64,000 nucleotides of DNA from Candidatus Altimarinota bacterium (GCA_963664295.1 OY760935.1:928001-992000), one strand, 5' to 3'; shown: positions 50,432 through 61,228, numbered from the stretch's first letter. Program-made: numbers and translations. Notes: a model not told the origin generated them from the letters alone.

Positions 50432-51535
50432 TTATTGAGCAACTTTTTTGCGACCTCTACCAGTTGGCTCTGGTTTCCATTTTTTTTCATCAAAACTATA
50501 AACCGCACGACCAACCCTGACAAAAGCTGGACTTTTTTGAAGATTAAGCGATATTGTGCCAACTTTTACATCTCTTTGTGCTAAAACTTTTTTAACAATG
50601 TCTTTTTTTGAAAGAGGACCGTCGTCTTGTAGTATTTTTGCAATTACATCAGCCACTGTGCCAGCTTCAAAACCCCATTCTTTAAGGGCATAAAGACCTC
50701 TGCCAACCAAAATGAATTCATCATAACGAATTAGGTCATTATGAACTGCTTGCACTGTGATTGTTTTTTTATCAAAACCAGCATTAACAATACGATTCGC
50801 AATCTCAACAAAATGAAGTGGTTTTTTGGTTTTTTTCAAAATGATATTAATTTTATCGCGAATGCTTTTTGGATTAACATGTCTCCACTCCATTAAGCCC
50901 CATTTATCGTCTATTCTTTTAAGTCTTAAATCAACCTCCATAGCAGAAACAATTCTAACTGGTGGAATTTCTTTTGTTCTAAATGATCCTGCTACTTTTT
51001 CAATAAGTGACTTTTCAGCAAGTGTGTCACTTGATTTTTTAAGTGTTTTATAAGCTGTATCTGCAATAGCTTTAATTTCTTCTTTACTTAAAGACTTTTT
51101 GTGCCAAAAGGGATAAAAAGTCTTTGGAGGATCAATTTTATTTATTTTGTCATCAATTGTGAGCGCTAATTTAATAATTGATCCATCAACAGGAGATGTA
51201 TGAAATATTTTAGTTAAAATTTTACTAATCAATGATTTTTCCAATAATAAACCACCATGCTCGTCTAAAATTTCATGTGCTACAGAATTAATTAAGTTTA
51301 ATTTTGTATTAGAAATATTTCTTTTTAGTTTTTTCAAAGCTGATGATTCTATTTGACGAACCCTTTCTCTGGTCACTAAAAAGCTCTTACCAATTCTTTC
51401 AAGCGTTTGCCTTGGTTTATTGTCTAGGGCAAACCTTTTTGTGATTACTACTTTTTCTTTATCAGAAAGTACTATAAAAAGATCATTGATAATCTTTTGT
51501 AGGTTTAGTTCCGATAGAGCTTGTGAATTAGTCAT
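50432..51535 (-). CDS. Sigma-70 region-4 HTH plus HARE-HTH-like domain protein
   Basis: LSDKEK.VI..RF.L...QTLE.IG..F.VTRERVRQIE; PLHF.EIA..I...AVHN.LI...F.LVGRGLYAL.EWG. Confidence 0.8.
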   Translation of the reverse strand: MTNSQALSELNLQKIINDLFIVLSDKEKVVITKRFALDNKPRQTLERIGKSFLVTRERVRQIESSALKKLKRNISNTKLNLINSVAHEILDEHGGLLLEKSLISKILTKIFHTSPVDGSIIKLALTIDDKINKIDPPKTFYPFWHKKSLSKEEIKAIADTAYKTLKKSSDTLAEKSLIEKVAGSFRTKEIPPVRIVSAMEVDLRLKRIDDKWGLMEWRHVNPKSIRDKINIILKKTKKPLHFVEIANRIVNAGFDKKTITVQAVHNDLIRYDEFILVGRGLYALKEWGFEAGTVADVIAKILQDDGPLSKKDIVKKVLAQRDVKVGTISLNLQKSPAFVRVGRAVYSFDEKKWKPEPTGRGRKKVAQ

Positions 51536-51745
51536 ATGGTTATATTAAAACAATTTTCTAAATAAAGGTTGTAATTTTTACAGAAATTTCTATTTTTGTC
51601 AAGAAGATTATTAACTTGTTCTAACCTTGCTATTTTAAATTAGGCAAAAATATTTCTGTGTTCAATTATGTGTTTATATAACAATTTTGTAAAGAGTAAA
51701 TTTTACAAACTACAAAATAGTTATAAAAACAATTATTTTATAGCT

Positions 51746-52870
51746 TTACTCTTCAGTTTTTTCTTCTTTTTTGGCTTCTGCCTTAGTTTTTAATGACAGC
51801 CTTAAGCTGTGATCACCTTCGTTGATTTCAAGAATTTTTACCTCAACTTCATCGCCAACTTTAAACATTTCTTCTGGTGATTGGTTTTCGTCAGTGAACT
51901 CAGAAACATGAACAAGTCCTGTAATATCCTCTGCCAAAGTCACAAAAATACCAAAATTAGTCACTTTATTAACAGTACCTTTTTTCATTGAACCAAGGTC
52001 AAACTCCTTTACTTTGTCCATCCAAGGATCTTTTTCTAATCTTTTTACTGAAAGTGAAATCTTTTCATTTTCAAAACCAATTACTTTTGCTTTGATTTTT
52101 TGACCCATTTTATAGTTTTTTTGTGGGTTTTTCGCTTCATCATCCCAGGTTATCTCAGAAACATGAACAAGTCCTTCAAGGTTGCCGAAGGTAATAAAAA
52201 TACCAAACTTAACAATACCATTAACTTCTCCTTCAATAATGTCGCCTGCTTTGATTTTTGTCATTTCTTTGGCACGAATGTCTGCATAAGCAGCACGCTC
52301 TGAAACAACAACTTTTGGAATAGATTCATCCATCATAATAATTTTGCAGGTAAACTTCTTGCTAACTAATTTTTGTAATTTTTCTAAAATCATTTCTGCA
52401 TTAGCCCCGTCAACACGAGGAAAATTAGTAGGTGCAAGTTGAGAAACAGGCAAAAACACGCGCATGCCATCAATTTCTGACATCAAGCCTCCCTTGTTGG
52501 CTTCTTTTGCCACAACATCAATAGGCTCGTTGTTTTTATGAGCTTTTTCTAGTTTATCCCAAACTTTTAGGTGGGACGCCTTTCTGAGCGATAAAACCAC
52601 CATTCCATCTTCGCTTTCATTATCAAGAACAAAAGCTGAAACAAGGTCGCCAATTTGAACATTTTTTGCAGTTTCAAAAGAATCTGTCATTTCGCGACCA
52701 GAAATAATACCAGTTGAAACACCTTCAATATCAACAATAATATAATTCTTTCCTCTATCAATAACTCTTCCTTCAATCATTTCTCCAGGATTAGGGATTG
52801 TGAACTCAGCAGAATCTTTGATCAACTCTTCCATGGACAAATCCGCATCTTTAATTGCAATTTCAGACAT
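51746..52870 (-). CDS. rpsA: 30S ribosomal protein S1 (short, four-S1-domain form)
   Basis: Repeated FGIF...GLVHVSE S1 motifs, NKGGL, FLPVSQL. Confidence 0.9.
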   Translation of the reverse strand: MSEIAIKDADLSMEELIKDSAEFTIPNPGEMIEGRVIDRGKNYIIVDIEGVSTGIISGREMTDSFETAKNVQIGDLVSAFVLDNESEDGMVVLSLRKASHLKVWDKLEKAHKNNEPIDVVAKEANKGGLMSEIDGMRVFLPVSQLAPTNFPRVDGANAEMILEKLQKLVSKKFTCKIIMMDESIPKVVVSERAAYADIRAKEMTKIKAGDIIEGEVNGIVKFGIFITFGNLEGLVHVSEITWDDEAKNPQKNYKMGQKIKAKVIGFENEKISLSVKRLEKDPWMDKVKEFDLGSMKKGTVNKVTNFGIFVTLAEDITGLVHVSEFTDENQSPEEMFKVGDEVEVKILEINEGDHSLRLSLKTKAEAKKEEKTEE

Positions 52871-52937
52871 AAAAAATAAAAATAAAAAAACAGCAACGGG
52901 GATTTTCCCATAATTTGTTTATTAAAGCAAGTACTTT

Positions 52938-54299
52938 TTAAAAAATATTTTTAATTGCTTCAAGCACTGTGCGCACAGGTCTTATCTCTAGTTCTTTAAT
53001 ATTTTTATTAGTTTTTTTATTACTTGGTATAACAACCTCTGTGAGACCTAGTTTTTGACCTTCTTTTAGTCTTTTTTCTAAAAAAGAAATTGCTCTAACT
53101 TCGCCAGACAAACCAAGCTCTCCGCAGGCAAAAAGTTTGTTTTTTAAGGGCTGTTTTTTGTGTGCCGAAACCAAAGCAAGCGCAAGTGGTAAGTCCATAG
53201 CAGGCTCATTTACTTTAAAGCCACCAACCACGTTTACAAAAACATCTTTATTTTCAAAATTAATTCTCGCGTGATTTTGCAAAATAGCTAAAATAAGTGA
53301 CAAGCGCGCAAGAGGAATACCACTCGCGGTTCTTTTTGGTAAACCAAAGCGAGTAGTTGATGTTAGGGCTTGAATTTCAACCAAAAAAGATCGTGATCCC
53401 TCAATAACCGGAAAAATAACACTACCAATCGCATTTTCTAGCCTTCCGTCCAAAAATGCTTCACTAGGTTTTTTTAATTCTTGTAGTCCTTTTTCTGTCA
53501 TTTCAAAAACACCAACTTCTTGTGCAGAGCCAAACCTATTTTTACTTGTCCGTAAAACACGAAAGTCATGCTTACTGTCTCCTTCTAAGATTAAAACTGT
53601 GTCAACAAGATGAGCTAAAACTTGTGGGCCAGCCATTTCACCTTCTTTGTTTACATGGCCTATTAAAATTGTTGGTATTTTGTTTTTTTTTGTAAATTGC
53701 ATTATTTTTTCTGTCACTGTTCTGATTTGTGACATACTTCCTGTCGCACTGCCAGAATTACCCGAGGCAATTGTTTGTACGCTATCAATAATTAAAAAAT
53801 CTGGTCTTTCTTCTTGTGCTGTAGATAAAATATTTTCTATTAAAAACTCATTTAATATTTGCACTTCTGGATTTTTGTCTGACAGCCTATCTGCTCTTTC
53901 GGCAATTTGTGATACTGATTCTTCTCCAGAAACCATTAAAACTTTTTTGTTTTGATTAGCAACTTCTAATGCAACTTGTAAAGAAAGAGTAGACTTTCCT
54001 ATGCCTGGACTACCAACCAACAATGAAAGTGAGTCAACCAAAAAGCCACCACCCAAAACCCTGTCTAATTCTGAAATCTTTGTTCCTATTCTCGCTTTTT
54101 TGCTTTCTTGTTTTAAGGCTTGATTTAAATATTCTGGAGTTTTAATAATGCCTCTTGTATTTTTTGTGCCAATGTCTAGCTCTTCTGTTTGTTCTTCAAA
54201 GGTGTTCCATTCTTCGCAAACACTACACTGTCCCACCCACTTAGGAGAAATGTTTCCACATTTTACACAAACCCAACTTATTTTTTGCTTTTTTTTCAT
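52938..54299 (-). CDS. radA: DNA repair protein RadA/Sms
   Basis: C4 Zn finger, GSPGIGKS, KNRFG, Lon-like C-terminus. Confidence 0.96.
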   Translation of the reverse strand: MKKKQKISWVCVKCGNISPKWVGQCSVCEEWNTFEEQTEELDIGTKNTRGIIKTPEYLNQALKQESKKARIGTKISELDRVLGGGFLVDSLSLLVGSPGIGKSTLSLQVALEVANQNKKVLMVSGEESVSQIAERADRLSDKNPEVQILNEFLIENILSTAQEERPDFLIIDSVQTIASGNSGSATGSMSQIRTVTEKIMQFTKKNKIPTILIGHVNKEGEMAGPQVLAHLVDTVLILEGDSKHDFRVLRTSKNRFGSAQEVGVFEMTEKGLQELKKPSEAFLDGRLENAIGSVIFPVIEGSRSFLVEIQALTSTTRFGLPKRTASGIPLARLSLILAILQNHARINFENKDVFVNVVGGFKVNEPAMDLPLALALVSAHKKQPLKNKLFACGELGLSGEVRAISFLEKRLKEGQKLGLTEVVIPSNKKTNKNIKELEIRPVRTVLEAIKNIF

Positions 54300-54345
54300 A
54301 TAATTATTTTGGCACAAAAGCTTTTTGTAGCACAATAAGAATAAT

Positions 54346-55230
54346 ATGAAGAAAAAATTTTTTCCAAAATTTAGTTATAGGTCCTGGTTTGTTGTTTTTT
54401 GTTTACAAATTATTTGTTTTTTAATGATTTTTTCTGAACATCAAAAAATTCCCAGTAAAAACTTTGAAATTAGTTTTTTTGATGTTCAACTTGGTGATGC
54501 AATTTTTATAAAAAGCCCTAATGGCCACAATATAATAATCGACGGGGGCACGGATAGTGCGATTATTGAAAAAATAATGCGCAATAAAAGCTTTTTTGAT
54601 CGCAAAATAGACGCAATTATTTTGACCCACCCGGACAGTGATCACTTGTTTGGTGCTTATTATGCCTTAGATAATTTTAAGGTGAATAAGGTTTTTATTA
54701 CAGGCGTAAAAACGAATAATAAGATTTTTTATGATTTTTTAAAATTAGCAAAAAATAAAAACACTGAGCTTGTTTTTTTAGATGGATCCCAAGATTTTAA
54801 AACTAAAAATATTTATTTTAATGTTCTGTTGCCAATAGAAAGTATTAAAAACAAAGAAATTAATAACACAAACAATACTTCGATTGTTTTAAGGGTTAAT
54901 GTTTTTAATAAAAACATTTTATTAACTGGTGATATAGAAAAAAAGATAGAAAAATTATTAACCTTAAGTGATGAGAAATTAAAAAGCGATTTGTTAAAAC
55001 TTTCTCATCATGGATCTTCTTCATCTAGTGATCCTGATTTTATTTCCACGGTTAATCCAAAGTTTGCTATAATAACTGCGTCGGAAGATAATCCTTATTA
55101 CCATCCACACAAAAAAACATTAAATACACTGAAAAATTTTGATGTCCAATTTTGGCAAACTGGTTTAAGTGGAGACATAAAGTATTCAATATCTCCTAAT
55201 TCTTTTTATGAATTTAATTTTACAAAATGA
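54346..55230 (+). CDS. ComEC/Rec2-like MBL-fold hydrolase
   Basis: DVQLGDAI, IDGG, THPDSDH, LTGDIE, HHGS, HPH. Confidence 0.85.
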   Translation: MKKKFFPKFSYRSWFVVFCLQIICFLMIFSEHQKIPSKNFEISFFDVQLGDAIFIKSPNGHNIIIDGGTDSAIIEKIMRNKSFFDRKIDAIILTHPDSDHLFGAYYALDNFKVNKVFITGVKTNNKIFYDFLKLAKNKNTELVFLDGSQDFKTKNIYFNVLLPIESIKNKEINNTNNTSIVLRVNVFNKNILLTGDIEKKIEKLLTLSDEKLKSDLLKLSHHGSSSSSDPDFISTVNPKFAIITASEDNPYYHPHKKTLNTLKNFDVQFWQTGLSGDIKYSISPNSFYEFNFTK

Positions 55231-56540
55231 AACCAACTATTCTTTTATTAGCAGCTGGAAGGTCTTCTCGTATGGAACCGCTTAGTAATAAAATTTTTGC
55301 AAAATATTTAGGCAAAGAATTAATTGTTCATCAATTTGAGCACATCTTAGGTGCTGGTTTTGAAAAATTTATTATTGTTGGAAATGAAATTAATATTAAT
55401 AAACTAAAATCACTAATTAAGCCTAATAAAAAAGTTATGGTGGACTTTGTGGTGCAACCAGATTTAAATGAGGGAATTAAGGGGGCTGTTCTTTCTGCTC
55501 AAAAAAAAATAAACAGCAAAGAGCCAATAATAATTATTAGTTCAAATGATTATGTGGAAAAAACAGCTTATAAAAAACTTCTAGAAGAAGCCAAAAAAAC
55601 AAATAATGAAATAATTATTATTGGTAAAACTGTGGATAAGTATTTTCCAGGTGGATATCTTGAGTTAAATTCAAAAAAACAAATAAAAAAAATTGTGGAA
55701 AAACCAAAACCAGGACAAGAGCCTAGTAACTTAGTAGCTTTAATGGTTCAATACTTTAAAAATCCTCAAAACTTAATGGAAACTTACCAAAAAGTGACAA
55801 ATCAACACGATGATGCCCATGAACAAGCTATGCAAATACTTTTCGATCAAAAAATTAACTCAAGTGTTGTTGAGTATCAAGGTTGTTGGCAGGCAATAAA
55901 ATATCCGTTTCATCAATTGGTTTTAACTACACGCGCACTTGATTTAATTAAAAAAACCTTTATCCACCCAAAAGCTGAGGTCTCTAAAAAGGCCTCTATA
56001 AATGGTAATTGTTATATTGAAGAAGGTGTAAAAATATTTGATTTTGCGGTTATACAAGGACCTTGTTATATAGGAAAAAACACTATTATTGGCAACCATT
56101 CCTTAGTTCGTAATTCTCACATTGGAGAAAATTGTGTTATTGGTAGTGGGTGCGACATTTGTAGGTCTTATTTTAGTTCTCATGTTTGGACTCATCAAAA
56201 TTTTATTGGTGATTCAATAATAGAAAGTAATGTTTCATTTGGGGCAGGTGCTCGCACAGCAAACCTAAGACTTGATGAAGAAAATATAGAAATGACCATA
56301 AAAGGAAACAGAATTAATAGTAATAGTAATAAATTAGGGGCTTTTATTGGTAAAAATTCACGCATAGGAATTAATACTTCAATTATGCCGGGAATTAAAA
56401 TTGGTAGGAATAGTTTTATTACCTCAGGAATTGTTGTGGATAAAAATATTCCTGAAAAAAGCTTTATTAAAAAAGAAAATAAACTACTTATTAAAAGTAA
56501 TTTTAAAAAACTTAAACATAGAAATAGTTTTGAACAATGA
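55227..56540 (+). CDS. Sugar-1-phosphate nucleotidyltransferase/acetyltransferase (GlmU-like)
   Basis: LAAGRSSRM.PL, VEKP, hexapeptide beta-helix, GDSII..NV.FGAG..TAN.R.D. Confidence 0.85.
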   Translation: MKPTILLLAAGRSSRMEPLSNKIFAKYLGKELIVHQFEHILGAGFEKFIIVGNEININKLKSLIKPNKKVMVDFVVQPDLNEGIKGAVLSAQKKINSKEPIIIISSNDYVEKTAYKKLLEEAKKTNNEIIIIGKTVDKYFPGGYLELNSKKQIKKIVEKPKPGQEPSNLVALMVQYFKNPQNLMETYQKVTNQHDDAHEQAMQILFDQKINSSVVEYQGCWQAIKYPFHQLVLTTRALDLIKKTFIHPKAEVSKKASINGNCYIEEGVKIFDFAVIQGPCYIGKNTIIGNHSLVRNSHIGENCVIGSGCDICRSYFSSHVWTHQNFIGDSIIESNVSFGAGARTANLRLDEENIEMTIKGNRINSNSNKLGAFIGKNSRIGINTSIMPGIKIGRNSFITSGIVVDKNIPEKSFIKKENKLLIKSNFKKLKHRNSFEQ

Positions 56541-56720
56541 ATAATTTTTTTTAACACTTAGTTTTGTTTTTGTTTACTTTCTTTTTTTTATAAATTTTTT
56601 GTTCATTATTAATTTATTTTTAATAATTACTATTGTTTGTTTTTATTATTTTTTTTGTTTAATTGTAGTTATTTTTTTGAATAATTTTTTTTAACACTTA
56701 GTTTTGTTTTTGTTTACTTT
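56538..56720 (+). repeat. Perfect 43-bp direct repeat (56538-56580, 56678-56720) in AT-rich intergenic region
   Basis: TGAATAATTTTTTTTAACACTTAGTTTTGTTTTTGTTTACTTT twice, 140 bp apart. Confidence 0.88.
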
Positions 56721-56879
56721 AAAGCTTTATATTTATTAAGTATATTTATACATTTAAATATTAAATACTAAAATAGGCTTTTATTATATTAATAAATATA
56801 TTTATAATTACTAATTAAATAAAAGATTGCATTTTTAAGTAAAAAAATATAATCTCTAAATAAAGAATAAATTTATTAT

Positions 56880-57989
56880 ATGCGCTTTAATATTGAACAA
56901 AAAGACTTCTTAAAGGGTCTCTTGATTGCGCAAAAAGCAATCAATAATCAAAATACATTACCAATTTTAAGTAATGTATTACTTAAAACAGAAGGTCAAA
57001 AGCTTTTTATTTCATCAACCAATCTTGAAATATCAATTAAGATAACCATCTCTGCTGAAATAAAAAATGAAGGCTCTATTACTGTTCCATCTAGAGTAAT
57101 TACTAATTGGGTAAATTTTTCTAAAGAAGGAGATATTGAAGTAAAAACAGAGGAAGGTATGAGTTTGTTTTTAAAAACAAACTCAGCAAAAACAAAAATT
57201 AAAGGAGTAAGTGCGGATGAGTTTCCAGTTTTACCTAAAGTAGAAAAAGAAAACGAATTTACAGTTAGTATTAAAGAATTTCAAAAATCAATAAATGAGG
57301 TTAGTTTTTCTTGTGCCCATTCAAATATTAGACCAGTATTATCAGGTGTTTTACTACAAGGAAAAGGTGATAAAATTCAATTAGTAGCAACTGATAGTTA
57401 TCGATTATCTGAAAAAACAATAAAACTAAATAAACCTTTAGAAAAAGAAGTTTATTCAATAATTCCTTCAAGAACAATGATTGAGCTTGAAAGAATTTTA
57501 TCAGTCTTAAAAAAAGAAGAAGATGAATTAAAAATTATTATTTCTCAAAACGAAATAATGTTCCAAGTTGATAATATTGAGGTAGTTTCAAGGTTAATTG
57601 AGGGAAAGTTTCCAGAGCACACACAAATTATCCCTAAAGCAGAAAAAACAATTAGTTTAATAAATAAAGAAGACCTAGTTTTAGCTATAAAAAGAGTTGG
57701 TATATTCGCAAGAGAAAACAATAATAATATGCGTTTTAATTTTGATGATAATCAAGTTTTAATAACAACTGATGTAACAGAAATTGGATCAGAAGAAGCA
57801 GTTATTCAATCAGAAGTTTCCGGTGAAAAAAATCAAACCTCATTAAATGGACAATTTTTATTAGATGTGTTGTCAGTAATTGATAATAAAGAAATTAAAA
57901 TTAAAATTGCTGAAAAATTATCACCAATTATTATTCAAGGAAAAGATAATAATGAATTCATTCATGTTATAATGCCCTTAAAGATTTAA
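56880..57989 (+). CDS. dnaN: DNA polymerase III beta sliding clamp
   Basis: LPILSNVL, STNLE, RPVLSGV, VATDSYRL, SRLIEGKFP, VIMPLKI. Confidence 0.97.
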   Translation: MRFNIEQKDFLKGLLIAQKAINNQNTLPILSNVLLKTEGQKLFISSTNLEISIKITISAEIKNEGSITVPSRVITNWVNFSKEGDIEVKTEEGMSLFLKTNSAKTKIKGVSADEFPVLPKVEKENEFTVSIKEFQKSINEVSFSCAHSNIRPVLSGVLLQGKGDKIQLVATDSYRLSEKTIKLNKPLEKEVYSIIPSRTMIELERILSVLKKEEDELKIIISQNEIMFQVDNIEVVSRLIEGKFPEHTQIIPKAEKTISLINKEDLVLAIKRVGIFARENNNNMRFNFDDNQVLITTDVTEIGSEEAVIQSEVSGEKNQTSLNGQFLLDVLSVIDNKEIKIKIAEKLSPIIIQGKDNNEFIHVIMPLKI

Positions 57990-58057
57990 TTTAAAAATTA
58001 AGTAAATTAAGAAATCAATTAACACGCAATTTTTTGTGTGCAAATTAATAATTTTAT

Positions 58058-61000
58058 ATGTTAGAGAATATTTTCCCAAAAATTCAACTTGAGAACATAG
58101 AAAAAAAACTCCAAAAAGATAAAAAAATAACTTTATCTGGTGTTAGTAATAAATCTGCAAAAAGTTTTTTATTTAAAAAACTTTTTTTTAATAAAAAAAC
58201 TCCAAGGAGATTTCTTTGGGTTTTAAATAATAAAAATGACGTTATTGACCTAAGTAACACATTAAGTCTTTTTTTAGGTAATAATTGGGAAATAAAAACC
58301 TTACACAAAGAAGAGGAAACAAAAGAAGTTCAAAAAATCGAATGGGTAATTAATTTAGAAAAAAAACCTATAAAAAATGAAATTTATATATTAAGTCAAA
58401 AAGAATTATTAGAGATGTTTCCAAGCCCAAACAAAATCCATGAAAATAAAATAAGTTTTTATAAAAAAGATAAAATTAATATTCTTAAAATTTTTAATAA
58501 TTTAATAGAAATTGGTTATAAAGCATCACAAGATGTTGTTTTACACAAAGGTCAACATAGGAGAAGTGGCGATGTTTTAGATATATTTCCAATAGGTAAT
58601 AATAAACCAGTAAAAATAGAGATAGAGTTTGATGTAATAAAAAATATTTATGAATTTTTACCAGATAGAAAAAAGATATCAAAATCACTAAATAGTATTA
58701 ATATTTACCCAGCTAACACAGAAAAATCACAAGACTTATTTTTTAATTTTTTCTCTCAAGATGATTGTCTTATTTTTGATGACTTAGAAGATGGAGAATT
58801 TTTAGAGAACAGCTTAAATAAAACAAAATCATGTCGTATTGACTTTACAAGTTTTTTAGAAGCAGACGGAGAACAGGGTGCTCATTTAAGATACTTATCA
58901 GTACTTAAATTCTTTAATCTTTTTGATTTAATTGCTGATTTAAAAACAAAAATAGAAAAAGATTGGTACATTACAATTTTAACCAAAAGGATTGATGAAA
59001 TTAGGAATATTTTTAAAGAAGAAAAAATACCTTTTTCAGAAAAAGAATCAGAAAAAAGCCTTGTTTATTTATTAGACGCAAAAGAATTAGAGCATATACC
59101 ATCTTCTTTTCAAAACCAGGAAAGAAAAATTATCTTCCTTACTGATCGTGAAATATTTCAAATAAGAAAAAGTCGTAAAATGAAAGCCTTAGAAAAGGCT
59201 AATATAGAATTTTTAACAAGCCTAAAAATAGGAGATTTTGTGGTTCACACAGACCATGGAATAGGTAGATTTACAGGTATTTCAGAGCAAGAGATAGATA
59301 ATATTACCAGAGAGTTTTTAGAAATATCTTATGCAGATAATGATAAGCTTTTTGTGCCAGTTGACCAGGCCGACAAGGTAGCTCGTTTTGTTGCAGGTGA
59401 TGATGTTGAACCAAAAATAACCCGCCTAGGAAGTCAGGAATGGAAAAATATTTGTAAATCAGTTAAAAAAGAAACTAAAAAAATAGCTAAAGAATTACTA
59501 AAAATTCAAGCAATGCGCTCACAAGCTAAAGGAGTTGCTTTTAATGAAGATGATGAAAAACAAAAACAATTTGAAAAAACTTTTCCATACGAAGAAACAC
59601 CAGGTCAAATGAGGGCTATTATGGACACAAAAAAAGACATGGAAGAAGCCGAGCCTATGGATAGACTTATTTGTGGTGATGTTGGATTTGGTAAAACAGA
59701 AGTTGCCATGAGAGCGGCCTTTAAGGCAGTTTGTAGTGGCTATCAAGTTGCACTAGTCTCACCTGTGACTATTTTAGCTGACCAGCATTATAAATCGTTT
59801 AAAAAACGCATGGACAAGTTTGGGGTGAAAATTGAGATGCTATCTCGTTTTAGGTCACCCAGTGAACAAAGAAAAATAATAGAAGAACTAAAAAAAGGAA
59901 AAATAGATATCATTATTGGCACACATAGATTACTACAAGGTGATATTAGCTTTTTTAAATTAGGGTTAGTTGTTATTGATGAAGAACAAAGATTTGGTGT
60001 GAAGCAAAAAGAAAAATTTAAACAACTTAGAAAAGAGGTTGATATATTAACATTATCAGCAACACCAATACCAAGAACCCTTAATTTAGCTCTTCATAAA
60101 CTAAGAAATATTACCACAATCAACACAGCCCCTCCAGGAAGACTACCTGTTTTAACTGAGATTAGAAAATACTCCGAAGCCCTAGTTCGAGAGGCTATCT
60201 TAAAAGAAACCGAAAGGGGTGGTCAAATTTTCTTTTTACATAACAGGGTAGAAACAATAGAGGCTATTGCAAGTAAATTAAGAATATTAATACCAGAAGC
60301 GCGCTTTATTGTGGCACATGGGCAAATGAAACCAAACGAACTTGAAGACCGCATAGTTGCTTTTAAAAACAAAAAATATGATGTTTTGGTTTCATCAACA
60401 ATTATTGAAAATGGAATTGATTTACCTAATGCTAACACCTTAATTGTTCGTAATGCTGAACAGTTTGGATTAGCCCAATTGTATCAACTTAGAGGGCGCA
60501 TAGGGCGTGGAAAAACCCAAGCATACGCTTATTTTTTATATCAAACCCAAAAACTTAAACCAGAAGCAAAAAAACGCCTTAGAGCTATTGTGGAGGCATC
60601 AGAACTAGGAAGTGGTTTTCAAATTGCAATGAAGGATATGGAAATTCGTGGAGCTGGTGATATTTTAGGGGTTAACCAGCACGGTACAGTAAACACAGTT
60701 GGTGTTAATTATTTCTTAAAACTCCTTAATCAAACTATTGAAGAAATTAAAACTGGCACAGGGGGTGATAAAAAAGAAGAAAAAGATGTTATTATTGAAA
60801 TCCCTGTTGATGCCTATATTCCAAGTAGCTTTATTCCAGATCAAAAGGAAAAAATCCTTGCTTATCAACAATTAGCAGCGGTTAAGTCTTTTAATTCTTT
60901 AGATGAACTTAAAAATGACCTTGTTGAAGAGTTTGGTAAGTTACCAAAAGAGGTTAGGAACTTGTTTACAGTATTAAAAATAAAGCTTTATGCGCGCGAA

Positions 61001-61228
61001 GCAAAGTTATTAGCTGTGCGATCTGTTCCACTAGGACGAGATGGGCGTGAAATACACCTACATTTATCAAAAAATGTGACAGCAGTAGAAATAATGAACC
61101 TACTAAAACATAACGACAAGTGGCAAATTTCAGGTGATAAATTAAAAACCAATGTAAAAAATCTTGGCTTTAATTGGATTGACGAGTTAATTAAATCAAT
61201 TAAAAAATTAAAAAAGAAAACCAGTTAA
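58058..61228 (+). CDS. mfd: Transcription-repair coupling factor
   Basis: CarD/RID (GDFVVH.DHGIG), GDVGFGKTEVA, DEEQRFGV, QLRGRIGR, TRCF C-terminus. Confidence 0.96.
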   Translation: MLENIFPKIQLENIEKKLQKDKKITLSGVSNKSAKSFLFKKLFFNKKTPRRFLWVLNNKNDVIDLSNTLSLFLGNNWEIKTLHKEEETKEVQKIEWVINLEKKPIKNEIYILSQKELLEMFPSPNKIHENKISFYKKDKINILKIFNNLIEIGYKASQDVVLHKGQHRRSGDVLDIFPIGNNKPVKIEIEFDVIKNIYEFLPDRKKISKSLNSINIYPANTEKSQDLFFNFFSQDDCLIFDDLEDGEFLENSLNKTKSCRIDFTSFLEADGEQGAHLRYLSVLKFFNLFDLIADLKTKIEKDWYITILTKRIDEIRNIFKEEKIPFSEKESEKSLVYLLDAKELEHIPSSFQNQERKIIFLTDREIFQIRKSRKMKALEKANIEFLTSLKIGDFVVHTDHGIGRFTGISEQEIDNITREFLEISYADNDKLFVPVDQADKVARFVAGDDVEPKITRLGSQEWKNICKSVKKETKKIAKELLKIQAMRSQAKGVAFNEDDEKQKQFEKTFPYEETPGQMRAIMDTKKDMEEAEPMDRLICGDVGFGKTEVAMRAAFKAVCSGYQVALVSPVTILADQHYKSFKKRMDKFGVKIEMLSRFRSPSEQRKIIEELKKGKIDIIIGTHRLLQGDISFFKLGLVVIDEEQRFGVKQKEKFKQLRKEVDILTLSATPIPRTLNLALHKLRNITTINTAPPGRLPVLTEIRKYSEALVREAILKETERGGQIFFLHNRVETIEAIASKLRILIPEARFIVAHGQMKPNELEDRIVAFKNKKYDVLVSSTIIENGIDLPNANTLIVRNAEQFGLAQLYQLRGRIGRGKTQAYAYFLYQTQKLKPEAKKRLRAIVEASELGSGFQIAMKDMEIRGAGDILGVNQHGTVNTVGVNYFLKLLNQTIEEIKTGTGGDKKEEKDVIIEIPVDAYIPSSFIPDQKEKILAYQQLAAVKSFNSLDELKNDLVEEFGKLPKEVRNLFTVLKIKLYAREAKLLAVRSVPLGRDGREIHLHLSKNVTAVEIMNLLKHNDKWQISGDKLKTNVKNLGFNWIDELIKSIKKLKKKTS

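Noticed and set aside
51899-52175. Repeated TCAGAAACATGAACAAGTCC
   Set aside because: Encodes the GLVHVSE motif of consecutive S1 domains in rpsA.
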